A stretch of 64,000 nucleotides of DNA. It comes from a virus. Positions within the stretch are counted from its first letter, which is position 1, and each line of letters begins with the position of its first letter. The DNA lies in the UHGV virus genome UHGV-0038492. One strand, given 5' to 3'. A model generated the notes under the pieces. It was not told where the DNA came from. It ran no database searches and saw only the letters and a program-made list of their open reading frames with translations. Of the stretch, positions 1-9,877 are shown one piece after another. The position numbers and the translations under genes were made by a program.

Positions 1-24
1 GTCGAACAGTTAGTAAGACTGGAA

Positions 25-291
25 GTGATGCGACGGAAGTTCCAAATCGATAAGCGGACAGTTCAAGAGTTGTTCTTAGATATAATGAAGCGGTATCCCA
101 TCGTCGAGTTGGAGAAACCGAACAGTTACTGCCTTAATCATGTTATTGAAACCGAGCTGTTAGCCTCTAAGTCGTTATGGGCACGCTTAGAGGAAGAAGT
201 CCCATTCTTACCGAAATCAGATTTTCTTCTGTTTCATGTAGGCGGTGGTGTGTGGCGAATGTATACTACAGGAGTGATTTATGGTGCGTGA
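25..291 (+). CDS. hypothetical protein; reading frame is open to position 1, so it may be 5'-partial
   Basis: ORF track; GTG at 25 and ATG at 28; stop overlaps the next start. Confidence 0.4.
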   Translation: MMRRKFQIDKRTVQELFLDIMKRYPIVELEKPNSYCLNHVIETELLASKSLWARLEEEVPFLPKSDFLLFHVGGGVWRMYTTGVIYGA

Positions 292-790
292 GAGCTACTT
301 TATTATCCCGGACTATCAATTCATTTGTGGTCCATTAACCGAATTCGATCCCAATTCGATATTGCGAGAAATTAATACCGATCTTAATGAAGTGCTAAAC
401 TATGCGATTCAGTATGGAATAACTGGAGAGTTCCCTAAGCTGGATCGTTTTGCGATACAGGGCACCATTGAGTTTATCTCTCGCGAGTTAAATGCCCAGG
501 GGTATATCATCGAAGGTGAGAGAGCGCTCACTTATGTGAAAGCGGTTCAGGATGTGGCCAAAGCGTACTTACTCGCGGTCTCTAGTCATCCGCACTGGTT
601 CACCCGTTTTGGTACGTGGGTGGGCGCACGTTATTGTGCTAATAAACCAGGTGCTGTGGAGTTCCTGGTTCGTTATGAACAAGTAAAATACCCCGAATTT
701 GAGAACCCTGAGGCTATTCAAACGATGTCGGTTGGACTTCTTAGTGTTGTTGAGTTATTGCTTGGTAACCTGGCAGGGAAGATGCTCTAA
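281..790 (+). CDS. hypothetical protein
   Basis: 169-aa ORF packed against neighbours; stop overlaps next start (ATGA at 790). Confidence 0.5.
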   Translation: MVRESYFIIPDYQFICGPLTEFDPNSILREINTDLNEVLNYAIQYGITGEFPKLDRFAIQGTIEFISRELNAQGYIIEGERALTYVKAVQDVAKAYLLAVSSHPHWFTRFGTWVGARYCANKPGAVEFLVRYEQVKYPEFENPEAIQTMSVGLLSVVELLLGNLAGKML

Positions 791-1296
791 TGAGATACTA
801 CTTTCACGTAGCACAGCATGTACTTGATTACGGCAGGTTGAAGTTCTACGACGCCGTGCGCGAAGTTTTAGTGCAAGTTCTCGAAACAAGCAGGTTGACC
901 GTATCGGAGTACGATATACGTCGACTCTATGAGGACTTTGCAACCGCGTACATTATCGGTGTGAAAAGTCGTAATCCTGAACTGTTTAAAGAAATGGTGA
1001 TGACCGTTGCGTACGATGAGAATACCATCCCAGGTACTACGGTAGAAAGTATTAGTTTCCTTTCCACGCAGGGTACTGAGGACCAACATATTCTCGCAAT
1101 CGGAACCGCTGCCGATATTCTCTGTCGTGAATTGGAATCACAAACAGGGTTAGCCGGACTTATTAACTCTATGTTCCCTGGCCAGTTAGAAAACTGGTCA
1201 GGTGAGTCTTTTAGCGAATTGGTGATTATCTGTTATGATACTCTATATGGAAGTTTCGGAAGTGTTCTTTCGGGACCAACTGCTTTCGCGAGTTAA
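790..1296 (+). CDS. hypothetical protein
   Basis: 168-aa ORF, start overlaps upstream stop. Confidence 0.5.
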   Translation: MRYYFHVAQHVLDYGRLKFYDAVREVLVQVLETSRLTVSEYDIRRLYEDFATAYIIGVKSRNPELFKEMVMTVAYDENTIPGTTVESISFLSTQGTEDQHILAIGTAADILCRELESQTGLAGLINSMFPGQLENWSGESFSELVIICYDTLYGSFGSVLSGPTAFAS

Positions 1297-1297
1297 A

Positions 1298-1666
1298 ATG
1301 GCGGATCAATGTAAGGTGAAACCTGATTTGGCGTATCTGTTTCTGGCGAAGTATGCTGAGGAATCGGTACGCTCTATCGTTAAACGTATGGGCGAGGGTG
1401 AAACGTTTTTGACGTTCATCCCGCCCAACCGCTATTTTATTCTCACCCAGTTGTCACAAATGTATCCTGAAGATGAGGTTATTATCTTTTCGCATTCTTT
1501 AATGTGGGAAGAGATTGATAAAGGTATCGACTACCATCGTATACGTCAGTTGGTGGAGAGTTTGTGGCGAGAAAGCGGCTATACCGCAGAGGAAGGATCA
1601 AAAAGGTCGAGAGTCTCTTTGTTTATGAAAGAGATGGGAAAAGGTTTTATTCGTGTAGAGGTTTGA
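1298..1666 (+). CDS. hypothetical protein (start uncertain; ORF track allows 1235)
   Basis: ATG directly after upstream TAA; alternative ATG at 1235 overlaps previous gene. Confidence 0.4.
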   Translation: MADQCKVKPDLAYLFLAKYAEESVRSIVKRMGEGETFLTFIPPNRYFILTQLSQMYPEDEVIIFSHSLMWEEIDKGIDYHRIRQLVESLWRESGYTAEEGSKRSRVSLFMKEMGKGFIRVEV

Positions 1667-2269
1667 ATGTATAAAGTGCGTGGCGATCACTTTGTTCAGC
1701 CGAATTTAGGTTTACTGGAATATGTTTCCGGCGGTGACTTCTATAAAGAGTTGCTGATAAAATCGATGAATTTGTTTGACCAGCTAACGATTTCATTACC
1801 TACGGATATTGAAAATCCCGATGACGTCACGCGCATTTTCAACAAATGCTTGAACGAGCGTTCCGGTACGATTAAGTTTCCTGGTAACAAGAATGAGTTA
1901 GCCAAACTCGATAAATACCTAAAAGGGTTGAATAAGGAATATCGACAGTGGAATTTCATGTCAATGATGGAGACCTGTTATACAGACGCAGTTCTCGATG
2001 ACATGAAGCCACTTTTGGAAATTTACGAGTTCTGTAAATTGCAAGGCGATTCCTCATGGGGTGTTCTTCGTGAGCACGCTGTTGAGACGTTTCGTGAGGA
2101 GCTGGTCAGAATGTTTGACGAGAAATGTCGACCTGCTTTAGAACTGTTTCGTACAGCGCATAAGGGAAAAGTCTCTGGACTGGAACTTGCTATTAAAGTC
2201 TATAATCCGGGTTATGGTCAGGGTAGTTTGTTCTTGTCATTTACATTCCTGATTAAAATGAAAGGGTGA
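1667..2269 (+). CDS. hypothetical protein
   Basis: 200-aa ORF; GAGGT shortly upstream of ATG. Confidence 0.5.
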   Translation: MYKVRGDHFVQPNLGLLEYVSGGDFYKELLIKSMNLFDQLTISLPTDIENPDDVTRIFNKCLNERSGTIKFPGNKNELAKLDKYLKGLNKEYRQWNFMSMMETCYTDAVLDDMKPLLEIYEFCKLQGDSSWGVLREHAVETFREELVRMFDEKCRPALELFRTAHKGKVSGLELAIKVYNPGYGQGSLFLSFTFLIKMKG

Positions 2270-2272
2270 AAA

Positions 2273-2686
2273 ATGTACGACTTCAGTAACATCGAACCGG
2301 GTTCAATTGTAAACATCGTTTACGATACCCCGTTACGTGGTAACGAAACGCGAGTCCGTGTACTCGCATCAAAAGTGGGTTATGAGCTCGCTAAAAACTC
2401 AGGTGAAGATTTAGCCGCTATCCAGAAAAACATTTACTCGTCTTTGGTTGGTCAGCCGGTTAACGATTTGACCGCGTACAACTACATGTTGTTTAAGGAC
2501 TCCAGTAACCGCATCGGTGTCACTGCTGATGCTTGGGTACGTGAAGTTCGTGTGGTGAAAAGTCTCACTGCACGGTTTGTGGTTCAGTTAGACAACAAAC
2601 AAGAAAAAGACGATCTGGTAGCAGCGCTCAACGCACGCGGATTCAATGACGTCGAAATTGAAATCATTGAAAACGAAGCCGGTTAA
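2273..2686 (+). CDS. hypothetical protein
   Basis: 137-aa ORF with AAGGGTGA upstream; followed by terminator. Confidence 0.5.
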   Translation: MYDFSNIEPGSIVNIVYDTPLRGNETRVRVLASKVGYELAKNSGEDLAAIQKNIYSSLVGQPVNDLTAYNYMLFKDSSNRIGVTADAWVREVRVVKSLTARFVVQLDNKQEKDDLVAALNARGFNDVEIEIIENEAG

Positions 2687-2691
2687 AGTCA

Positions 2692-2730
2692 AGACCCTCT
2701 CTTCGGAGAGGGTTTATTTTTTTCTTTTTT
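2692..2730 (+). terminator. rho-independent terminator
   Basis: hairpin 'accctctcttcggagagggt' followed by T-run. Confidence 0.7.
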
Positions 2731-2783
2731 CACGTTACCTGCCATCCTTATAGCCGAGTTAAACTGCCTTTTCGAGGACAGCC

Positions 2784-5081
2784 GTGGAATACAATTCTCC
2801 TTTTCGTTTATCGGTAGACGAGTATCATCGTGATATCGATATTAACGATGCTTATCGTGAGCAGGTTGCGCTATACATTCACAACGTAACCGCACAAAAA
2901 TACCCTTTGGAATTATGTCGTAAAGAAGTTGACGAGATGTTGGCACCTGGTGGTGAATTATCAACCGAATCACCGTTGTGTAAGATGTGGGTGCGTAATC
3001 AAAAAACAGGAGACCGTGAAGAGAAATACACCACCGTTGATAAACTGTTTAAAACCGTAATTGATAAACAGATTATCTCCGCACCGTCATTAACCTTTTA
3101 TATCCCAGAACACATCAAACGTTCCAAGCTATCAGAATTCACTGCCGCTAACGTAGCTAAACGTGCAGCGGTGAAAAAAGAGATGTTTGCTGCCGAAGCA
3201 GCAGGTAATAGAGTTTTACAGATTAACAAAAAGAACGAACAGAACGCAGTCAAGACACTGAACAACGGGATGTCAGGCGCATTCTCTTCTCCATACACGA
3301 TCATCTTTAACCAATCGTCTCACTCTGTATTAACGTCAACCTGCCGTACTGCAACCTCATTCGGTAACGCAGGTAACGAACGTTTATTAGGCGGTAATCG
3401 TCATTATGACACACCGTCACGTATCATCGATCATTTCTTGTCCATCGGTACGTTAACCGATTGGGATAGCTTCAAGAAATGTATGGATACGTACGAGCTT
3501 CATTACCCAACCGTAGAAGAAGTGATGGATGTGATTCATTACTCTGCGGACTTCTACTTCAAGAACGAAGAGGGGATGGAGTTTGTCGAACACTATGTAT
3601 CAAATGTTTCTCCGCTCACTCGCGCGGCATTTGTTTACATGGGTGATTTTTATCATCTTGCGAAGTACAACGATCAGTTCATGCGCGGTTTTATTACCGC
3701 GTTGATTTCTCGCGAGATGATTGATGAAGTCGAAGACTGGGATGCTGCGGAAAAAACCATCGATGGTGACATGCAGATCATCATCTCCCAGTTCCGTACT
3801 GACGTGGTACCGATGGGTAAAGCATTCAGCCACGTTAAGAAACTCGACGATAAGAAAAAGCCATTGCCGTGGGATCAGCAGGACGACTACAAGGAACTGA
3901 TTCGTTCCGCACTGTTCTTACAGAAAACCATCGGTAAGTACGCACTTTTAATTCGTAATATCCTGACCACTAAAAACTTACCGATTAACATCGCAAGAAT
4001 GCCGGATGTGGTTCGTCGGGTAGGTGTGGTTTCAGATACCGACTCTACAATGATGACTGCACAATGGTGGGCGGTTTGGTATACCGGTAAGCATTACGGC
4101 GACGAAGCAACCCGTGTATCCAACGCAATGATTTATATTGCAACGCAGCACCTTCGTCACCTGATGGCGAGTATGTCTGCGAATATCGGTGTAGCGAAAG
4201 AACGCCTGTTCTTGTACGCGATGAAGAACGAATTTAAGTTCGATTCGTTTGCATTAACAACCAAAGCAAAACACTACTTCTCACTGATTACCGGTCAGGA
4301 AGGTCAGCTGAAAAAAGATCCCGAGCTGGAAGTAAAAGGAGTGTCTTTACGTACTTCGAACATTCCACCGATTATCATGAAGGAGTTTAAGAATACCATT
4401 AAAGGACTGTGTGAAGTCGTCGCACGCGGAGACCAGATTGAAATTATTCCGTTACTGGAAAAGGTTGCGCAGATCGAACACACCATTATGGATTCTATTC
4501 GTTCGGGTAATCCGGGTTATCTGAAAACAACGAACATTAAGGAACGTAGCGCTTATAACGAGAAGGACGAGAAAAACTATCACTACCATCGAATGTACAA
4601 CGCCATCTTTGGTCCGAAGTTTGGTCATCTGGAAGAACCGCCTTACGACGCTGTAAAACTACCGGTGGTTTTAGAAAACAAAACCAAGATTAAAGAGTGG
4701 TTGGACAGCATCGAAGATCCGATTATCCGAAACGGTGCAACCGCGTGGTTTGAGGAGAACAATTTCCGTAAATACAAAACGTTGATTCTGCCAGAGCACT
4801 TAGTAGAGAACTACGGTATTCCTAAAGAATTGATCGATATTGCGGACATTCGTCGCACGGCGTTCTCCACCGTAGAACCGTACTATCACATCCTTGAATG
4901 CTTAGGTGTGTTCATGATGGATAAGAACCGTATGCGTTTACTGTCGGATTTCTACGATAAAACTGCTGAAGACGATGGGCTGTATAAAGAGCTTGCGGAA
5001 GTACAGTATGTTAAGAAATCAGAAAGGGCAGGTGAGGATGATGAGGACGAAGATGAAGAAGAAACATTCGATGAAGAGTAA
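2784..5081 (+). CDS. large hypothetical protein with acidic C-terminus; weak candidate for the C-terminal half of a split family-B DNA polymerase
   Basis: 765-aa ORF, GTG start with GAGGA 5 nt upstream; contains 'VVSDTDS' (motif-C-like), 'KTLNNGMSGAF' (motif-B-like) and 'KAKHYF' (KKRY-like), but spacing is atypical; tail 'EDDEDEDEEETFDEE'. Confidence 0.5.
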   Translation: MEYNSPFRLSVDEYHRDIDINDAYREQVALYIHNVTAQKYPLELCRKEVDEMLAPGGELSTESPLCKMWVRNQKTGDREEKYTTVDKLFKTVIDKQIISAPSLTFYIPEHIKRSKLSEFTAANVAKRAAVKKEMFAAEAAGNRVLQINKKNEQNAVKTLNNGMSGAFSSPYTIIFNQSSHSVLTSTCRTATSFGNAGNERLLGGNRHYDTPSRIIDHFLSIGTLTDWDSFKKCMDTYELHYPTVEEVMDVIHYSADFYFKNEEGMEFVEHYVSNVSPLTRAAFVYMGDFYHLAKYNDQFMRGFITALISREMIDEVEDWDAAEKTIDGDMQIIISQFRTDVVPMGKAFSHVKKLDDKKKPLPWDQQDDYKELIRSALFLQKTIGKYALLIRNILTTKNLPINIARMPDVVRRVGVVSDTDSTMMTAQWWAVWYTGKHYGDEATRVSNAMIYIATQHLRHLMASMSANIGVAKERLFLYAMKNEFKFDSFALTTKAKHYFSLITGQEGQLKKDPELEVKGVSLRTSNIPPIIMKEFKNTIKGLCEVVARGDQIEIIPLLEKVAQIEHTIMDSIRSGNPGYLKTTNIKERSAYNEKDEKNYHYHRMYNAIFGPKFGHLEEPPYDAVKLPVVLENKTKIKEWLDSIEDPIIRNGATAWFEENNFRKYKTLILPEHLVENYGIPKELIDIADIRRTAFSTVEPYYHILECLGVFMMDKNRMRLLSDFYDKTAEDDGLYKELAEVQYVKKSERAGEDDEDEDEEETFDEE

Positions 5082-5236
5082 CCGTTCAGCGTTAGCCCCT
5101 AACGAATTGTGGTTTCGGTTAAAACCTGTGATTACAATCGATAACCAACCAGCTGACTTTAGTCGCGGTTGGTTAAGTCATGTAACGGGTAATAACGTTT
5201 TTGTTGAAGGTTACGTTTTGCGATAAAATAAAGAGG

Positions 5237-5262
5237 TAACGTTGCACATTTGTGCAACGTTA
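5237..5262 (-). terminator. perfect palindrome/hairpin in convergent intergenic region, possible terminator for the minus-strand gene
   Basis: 'taacgttgcaca ttt gtgcaacgtta'; T-rich tract follows on the minus strand. Confidence 0.4.
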
Positions 5263-5314
5263 TTACTCTATTATATGAGGATTCGAAAGAGTCCTCAGCG
5301 GGGGAGAGTAAGTC

Positions 5315-6376
5315 TTATTTTTCGAGTGCACTGTATAATGGCAGAATTAACTCGTGTCGGTAGTAGTTTCTTGCCGAGCGTGTGAGTTTCTCCAGAATCT
5401 TTGCATCCTCGAAACGGGCAATCCTTACCATCAGATTAGATTTGTATTTACCCATGCTCGCGTTGTCGTATTGCAGGCAGAACAATGCCCAATACCAGTT
5501 GACGATATTTCGATGCCAACTGCCCTGAATCGTCGAACCGGGTTCTTTAAACAGAATTCGATCCAACGCCGTGGACGGTTTGTGCGGGTCTTCAAAAATC
5601 TGAGGTATGTGAGCCATGACAACCGCAGGTAGTGGTTTACCAGCACGTAACGATTTTGAAATCGCTTTCGCGTGACGGATTGCTAAATCGCGTAGAGGTG
5701 GAGTAGGAATAACTCGTAACGGGTTTTCTTCTTCTATCTCTTTACCGAAGGCAATCGCACGATGGATATTTAAGAAAGCGATATCCATGTAACTGGGTAA
5801 CATCCTGTAGATGATGTGTCGCTGCGCATATACCAAGCGCGTGATGGGTTCTGGTTGTGTTCGGTAGTATTGTTCGGCAAGAACGTATTGCCACAGTAGT
5901 GCAACCAGATTTATCTCGATAATGCTGATCCCTCGGGGTTTGCCGTTACCGAGCGTCCAGTTAAGATTCGTGTATTCGTGATAAAGGTAAACCACCGGTG
6001 TGTAGTCACGGAATGAAAGATTAGGATCGACAGGTCTCGCAACTAACGAGATGATTTCATCCTGACCTTCTATAAAAGCGCCGTTAAAAACTTGACCATA
6101 CTCCCCCACAGAAGTTAAGCGTAGAGCGTTGCCGATATCTGACAGCTTTCGACGACAAGCCCATTCGATTTCTTCGTACGTGGGTTCACCGGCATAGCCG
6201 ATAGCTGCTAAGATTTTTAGGACGAGATGACCAGAACCAACGCTGGTTTGAATCGATTCTAAATAGTTGCGAATGCGCTGGTTATTATTTTTTACGGCAT
6301 TGACCAATTGTATAGCAGAAGGGTCTTCGTAGCGCCCCTTTATGACTGCTTGGTTTAACTCGGCTTGACTGAACAT
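5315..6376 (-). CDS. hypothetical protein
   Basis: minus-strand ORF; start moved to the ATG (MFSQAEL...) that has AAGGAG 6 nt upstream, instead of the track's 6400. Confidence 0.6.
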   Translation of the reverse strand: MFSQAELNQAVIKGRYEDPSAIQLVNAVKNNNQRIRNYLESIQTSVGSGHLVLKILAAIGYAGEPTYEEIEWACRRKLSDIGNALRLTSVGEYGQVFNGAFIEGQDEIISLVARPVDPNLSFRDYTPVVYLYHEYTNLNWTLGNGKPRGISIIEINLVALLWQYVLAEQYYRTQPEPITRLVYAQRHIIYRMLPSYMDIAFLNIHRAIAFGKEIEEENPLRVIPTPPLRDLAIRHAKAISKSLRAGKPLPAVVMAHIPQIFEDPHKPSTALDRILFKEPGSTIQGSWHRNIVNWYWALFCLQYDNASMGKYKSNLMVRIARFEDAKILEKLTRSARNYYRHELILPLYSALEK

Positions 6377-6427
6377 GACTGACTCCTTGGGGTTACACAT
6401 AGGAAACGGTCACATTCTACTCACATT

Positions 6428-6461
6428 GAAAAATATCTGAGAAAGATATTATCTATGTGAT
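6428..6461 (+). promoter_or_regulatory. phage promoter-like motif, copy 1
   Basis: 'aaaatatctgagaaagatattatctatgtgatgg', member of a recurring motif family. Confidence 0.45.
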
Positions 6462-6507
6462 GGTTCGGTGGTTAACTATTTTGAGTTATGTGTGTTCTAG
6501 ACGCATT

Positions 6508-6540
6508 CTAAAATATCTCAGGTATATGTTATCTACGTGA
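6508..6540 (+). promoter_or_regulatory. phage promoter-like motif, copy 2
   Basis: 'ctaaaatatctcaggtatatgttatctacgtga', tandem with copy 1 upstream of a highly expressed gene. Confidence 0.45.
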
Positions 6541-6582
6541 ACCAACACTACAATTGTATTAAACCTTTAAAGGATAAATAAA

Positions 6583-8421
6583 ATGGCTAAAGAGTTTAAC
6601 GATATTCCTAACAACGTAAATGCTGGCGCTGCTGGTGTAGACCCGGCTCCGTCTTTTGGTGGTGTGGGTGCTGGTGCAAGCAGCGTGGATAACACCCACG
6701 CAGCAAATGCTTTCGGTGGTATGACTAAGAATATCTCCACCTTCGATAAAGCGTTCGGCTATATGTCCTACGTTTCTGCCGCTTCACATTTCACCGCACT
6801 GATTGCGAAGATGGTTGAACGTAACCCGTACCTGAGCAAATTCCGCTGCGGTGTTATCGACGGTGTGAATCCAGAAATGGGTTCTGCGGCATACGTTGCT
6901 GCGCCAGCAGATGAAAACGGCAGCCACTGGATGTACGGTATCCTGTTCTTCGAACACGGTCAGTCTGTACGCTTCCGTGAAATCAACGGTAAAGAAACTT
7001 ATTACACCCTGGCTTCTCTGTTTGGTCAGGATGGTGTAATGGATTCTATCACCAAACAAATCTGCGAACAGCAGAACCTGCCGTCTGTGCAATTCATGGT
7101 AATGAACTGCATTCCAGACCTGGGTAAAACGCTGACTGAAGAGTGGGCTATCCAGCTGATGGGTCAGCTGACTCTGGGTATCTTTGGCCGTATTCCGGGC
7201 TACCTGGGTCAGATGAAACTGACTCGTGGCGATCGCTTCGTTGCACAGGTAACTGCGGTAGACGAAGGTTCTCTGACTGACGTTAACGGTTCTGCACAAC
7301 GTGCTGACCTGATGGTTCAAGTTGAACACACTCAGACCGGTAGCTTCGATACCAACCCGACGCTGATGTCCTCTGAACGTGTTCAGGGTTATCCGAGCGT
7401 TGCGGGTGTGGGTTACATCAACCTGCGTTACACTGGTCGTCGTGCACCTGAAAATGGCGTACAGGATTACAAACAGCTGCAAGCAGAAGTTGTTGTTTCT
7501 CTGATGGACTCTCAGTCTTCCGGGGCTATGGTACCAATCGAACGTCAGCTGATTGAACTGGCTGCCTTCGCAGAAATCGCCGCTATCGGTGGCTGGCGTG
7601 AACGCTTCATGCACTCTCTCAACAAAACCGATCGTCGTTTCTCCCGCGTTATGGAATACGTAGAGTGGGGTGACAAACGTCCTGATCTGAGCAAAATCGA
7701 TGGCAACCGCGAAGCTATCGAAGAGTGCCTGAACATGTTCGCCTACCCAGAAGCTGCGCTGGTTGTGAACCATCGTGCTGGTAACGGCATCGGTGGTCTC
7801 TCCACGATGTTCAGTGAAGTTTCCCAGGGTAACACTGGTACACTGTCTAACATCCTGACCATCCTGGACAACATGGCTCCGAAAGGTGCTACGGTGTTCA
7901 CGCAGCGTTTCGCTGAAATGCTGAAAGTTAATACCATCACCTGCAACCACGTTGTTATCGCTGGCGTGCCGACTGTTTCCGGTCAGTATTTCAGCAACAG
8001 CCAGAAACGTAGCTTCCAGGATCAGGACCTGGTGTCTGTTCTGAGCAAAGTTGGTGATAACCAACACGATGCCTACACTTACCTGTACGCGCAATCTTAC
8101 TCACACCGTCAGTTCAACGCGACTGAACAGCGTCTGTACCTGCTGAAGCTGGCCGCTTCCCTGTTCGGCAGCAAACAGCCGGTCGTAACTGGCGAGTCCA
8201 CCGATTTGGCAATCAACCCGAAATTCGCCAAAGCGCTGCTGGACTACGTGCGTGATAACTGCATCTTCCAAGTGAATGGTGTTACCGCAGTCAATAGCCT
8301 GGCTAATACGTTGTTCTTCAACAACGGCGGTGAAAACTTCACTCTGTCTGGTAACGGCCCGAATTCCTTCGGCAGTGACTACAACATGTCATTCGCTTCC
8401 GGTAACTACAGCCCTATCTGA
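6583..8421 (+). CDS. abundant protein with Gly/Ala-rich N-terminal tail; candidate nuclear-shell (chimallin-like) or major virion protein
   Basis: 612 aa; strong RBS 'aaaggataaataaaATG'; strong host-like codon bias (CTG/CGT/GGT) giving a 436-aa stop-free antisense frame. Confidence 0.7.
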   Translation: MAKEFNDIPNNVNAGAAGVDPAPSFGGVGAGASSVDNTHAANAFGGMTKNISTFDKAFGYMSYVSAASHFTALIAKMVERNPYLSKFRCGVIDGVNPEMGSAAYVAAPADENGSHWMYGILFFEHGQSVRFREINGKETYYTLASLFGQDGVMDSITKQICEQQNLPSVQFMVMNCIPDLGKTLTEEWAIQLMGQLTLGIFGRIPGYLGQMKLTRGDRFVAQVTAVDEGSLTDVNGSAQRADLMVQVEHTQTGSFDTNPTLMSSERVQGYPSVAGVGYINLRYTGRRAPENGVQDYKQLQAEVVVSLMDSQSSGAMVPIERQLIELAAFAEIAAIGGWRERFMHSLNKTDRRFSRVMEYVEWGDKRPDLSKIDGNREAIEECLNMFAYPEAALVVNHRAGNGIGGLSTMFSEVSQGNTGTLSNILTILDNMAPKGATVFTQRFAEMLKVNTITCNHVVIAGVPTVSGQYFSNSQKRSFQDQDLVSVLSKVGDNQHDAYTYLYAQSYSHRQFNATEQRLYLLKLAASLFGSKQPVVTGESTDLAINPKFAKALLDYVRDNCIFQVNGVTAVNSLANTLFFNNGGENFTLSGNGPNSFGSDYNMSFASGNYSPI

Positions 8422-8451
8422 TAGATGTAGTAGTGCGTAATTGGTAGTAAT

Positions 8452-8497
8452 TAGGGACAGGGGAAAAACCCCCTGTCCCTTCCCTCTCTTTTTTTGT
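8452..8497 (+). terminator. rho-independent terminator
   Basis: hairpin 'gggacagggg aaaaa cccctgtccc' followed by T-rich run. Confidence 0.7.
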
Positions 8498-8509
8498 TGA
8501 GGATTTGGC

Positions 8510-9877
8510 GTGAAAGACAGATTACAATACTTCGGTGTATCAGGGCGATTAATCAGTCACGATAAAATGTTACGTGACGCTTTCAAAGAGGCGGAGGAAA
8601 AGGGCTATAAACCGCCGATGATTATCAATGATGTTGCGAAATATAAAGACACCATTGAGACGTCAGAGTTGATTAACCGAATCTTACAGAACCGGATAGT
8701 CGACGAGACGCTAAATTCGGCACCTATTTGTAGTATTGATTGTGAAGCACCTATCGTTCATCGATATAATCTCGGTATGCGATGTCCTACCTGCGGCTAT
8801 GTGGTGACAGAACATCGTATTGTTTCAGAAGTCTGGATTCGTGCCCCGGAGGAAATAGGCAACTTTATTAACCCACGATTCTGGTCGATGTTTAATGCTT
8901 TCTTCGGTTCTAAACTTAAGAAGTTTAACCGAAACAAAGTGACCGTAGAACGTGGTTCTGATTTATTGATGTGGATGTTAGATCCGTGTTATAAACCTGA
9001 TAAAGACGAAGGTACTCGATCCCGAATAATCAAACGTATCTTTAGCGAGTATCAAGTTCCACGTGGTATTAGGAATTTTATTGACCATCATCGAACAATA
9101 TTCAATATCTTAACTTCTCCTGAAGTCTGGAAAGAAATTTATCCACCGACGAAAAATAACCGATATGAGAGCGAACGTACTCGCTTAGAGTGGAAAAAGT
9201 TCTTCGAAGAACAATCACACACTTTCTTTCCGGTTCATCTTCCAATCATTTCACCCAAACTGATCGTTACGGAGGAACGACGTCAGGGTATCTTTATCGA
9301 TCCTGTTTATACCAGTGCAATAGACGCGGTTAAGAACATCGCGTTACTTTATACCAATGCACGACGTATCCCAACGCATTTCATTATTAGTCGCGCATTG
9401 AAAGCAAATCGTCAGTTAGCGTACTTCTATATTGACCATCGTCAGGAGGTGATGGAAGGTAAACCTGGATTCTATCGTGCCAAATTAGGTTCAACACACA
9501 TCCCGTGGGGCGGTCGTGTAACAATCTCTCCAATCTCAGAACCACATGACGCTATGAAGGTTATTGCACCTTGGCGTTGGTTAGTGACGTTAGAATCTGT
9601 AGCTATTGAAAACAAACTCGGTCGACGGAACTTCACACCACGGCAGTGTGAACGTGTTATTGCATTTGCATCAATGCAGTACGTACCGTTGGTTCATGAA
9701 ATTATCAACGAACTTATTAAGGAGTCTCGTGGCGGTTACGGCCTGATGATATCAGCGCTACGAAACCCGACGCTTGTACAGTTGTCTATTCAGACATTAT
9801 TTATCTCAGCTGTTAACCCTGATGTTACACAGTGTTCGTTACGTATCTCCGATCGCGTCATCAAAGCTCCGAATGCT
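8510..9877 (+). CDS. RNA polymerase beta-prime subunit, N-terminal part, exon 1
   Basis: GTG start with GAGGA upstream; 'CPTCGY' zinc-finger-like element; 'RNPTLVQLSIQTLF...VIKAPNA' aligns to bacterial beta-prime 'NRAPTLHRLGIQAF...CAAYNA' immediately before the catalytic NADFDGD; exon end approximate. Confidence 0.7.

Noticed and set aside
5270-5300. Possible tRNA (TTCGAA-containing hairpin)
   Set aside because: The hairpin has a 10-nt loop and no matching T-stem, acceptor stem or anticodon arm could be built around it.
5315-6376. Flavin-dependent thymidylate synthase (ThyX) as a partner for DHFR
   Set aside because: 'RHIIYRMLPS' only loosely resembles the ThyX RHR-x7-S signature and the spacing is wrong; no ThyA 'PCH' active-site motif occurs anywhere in the window.
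6784-8094. 436-aa minus-strand ORF
   Set aside because: It lies wholly antisense to the codon-optimised gene 6583..8421 and has no RBS; it is a stop-free shadow frame produced by codon bias.
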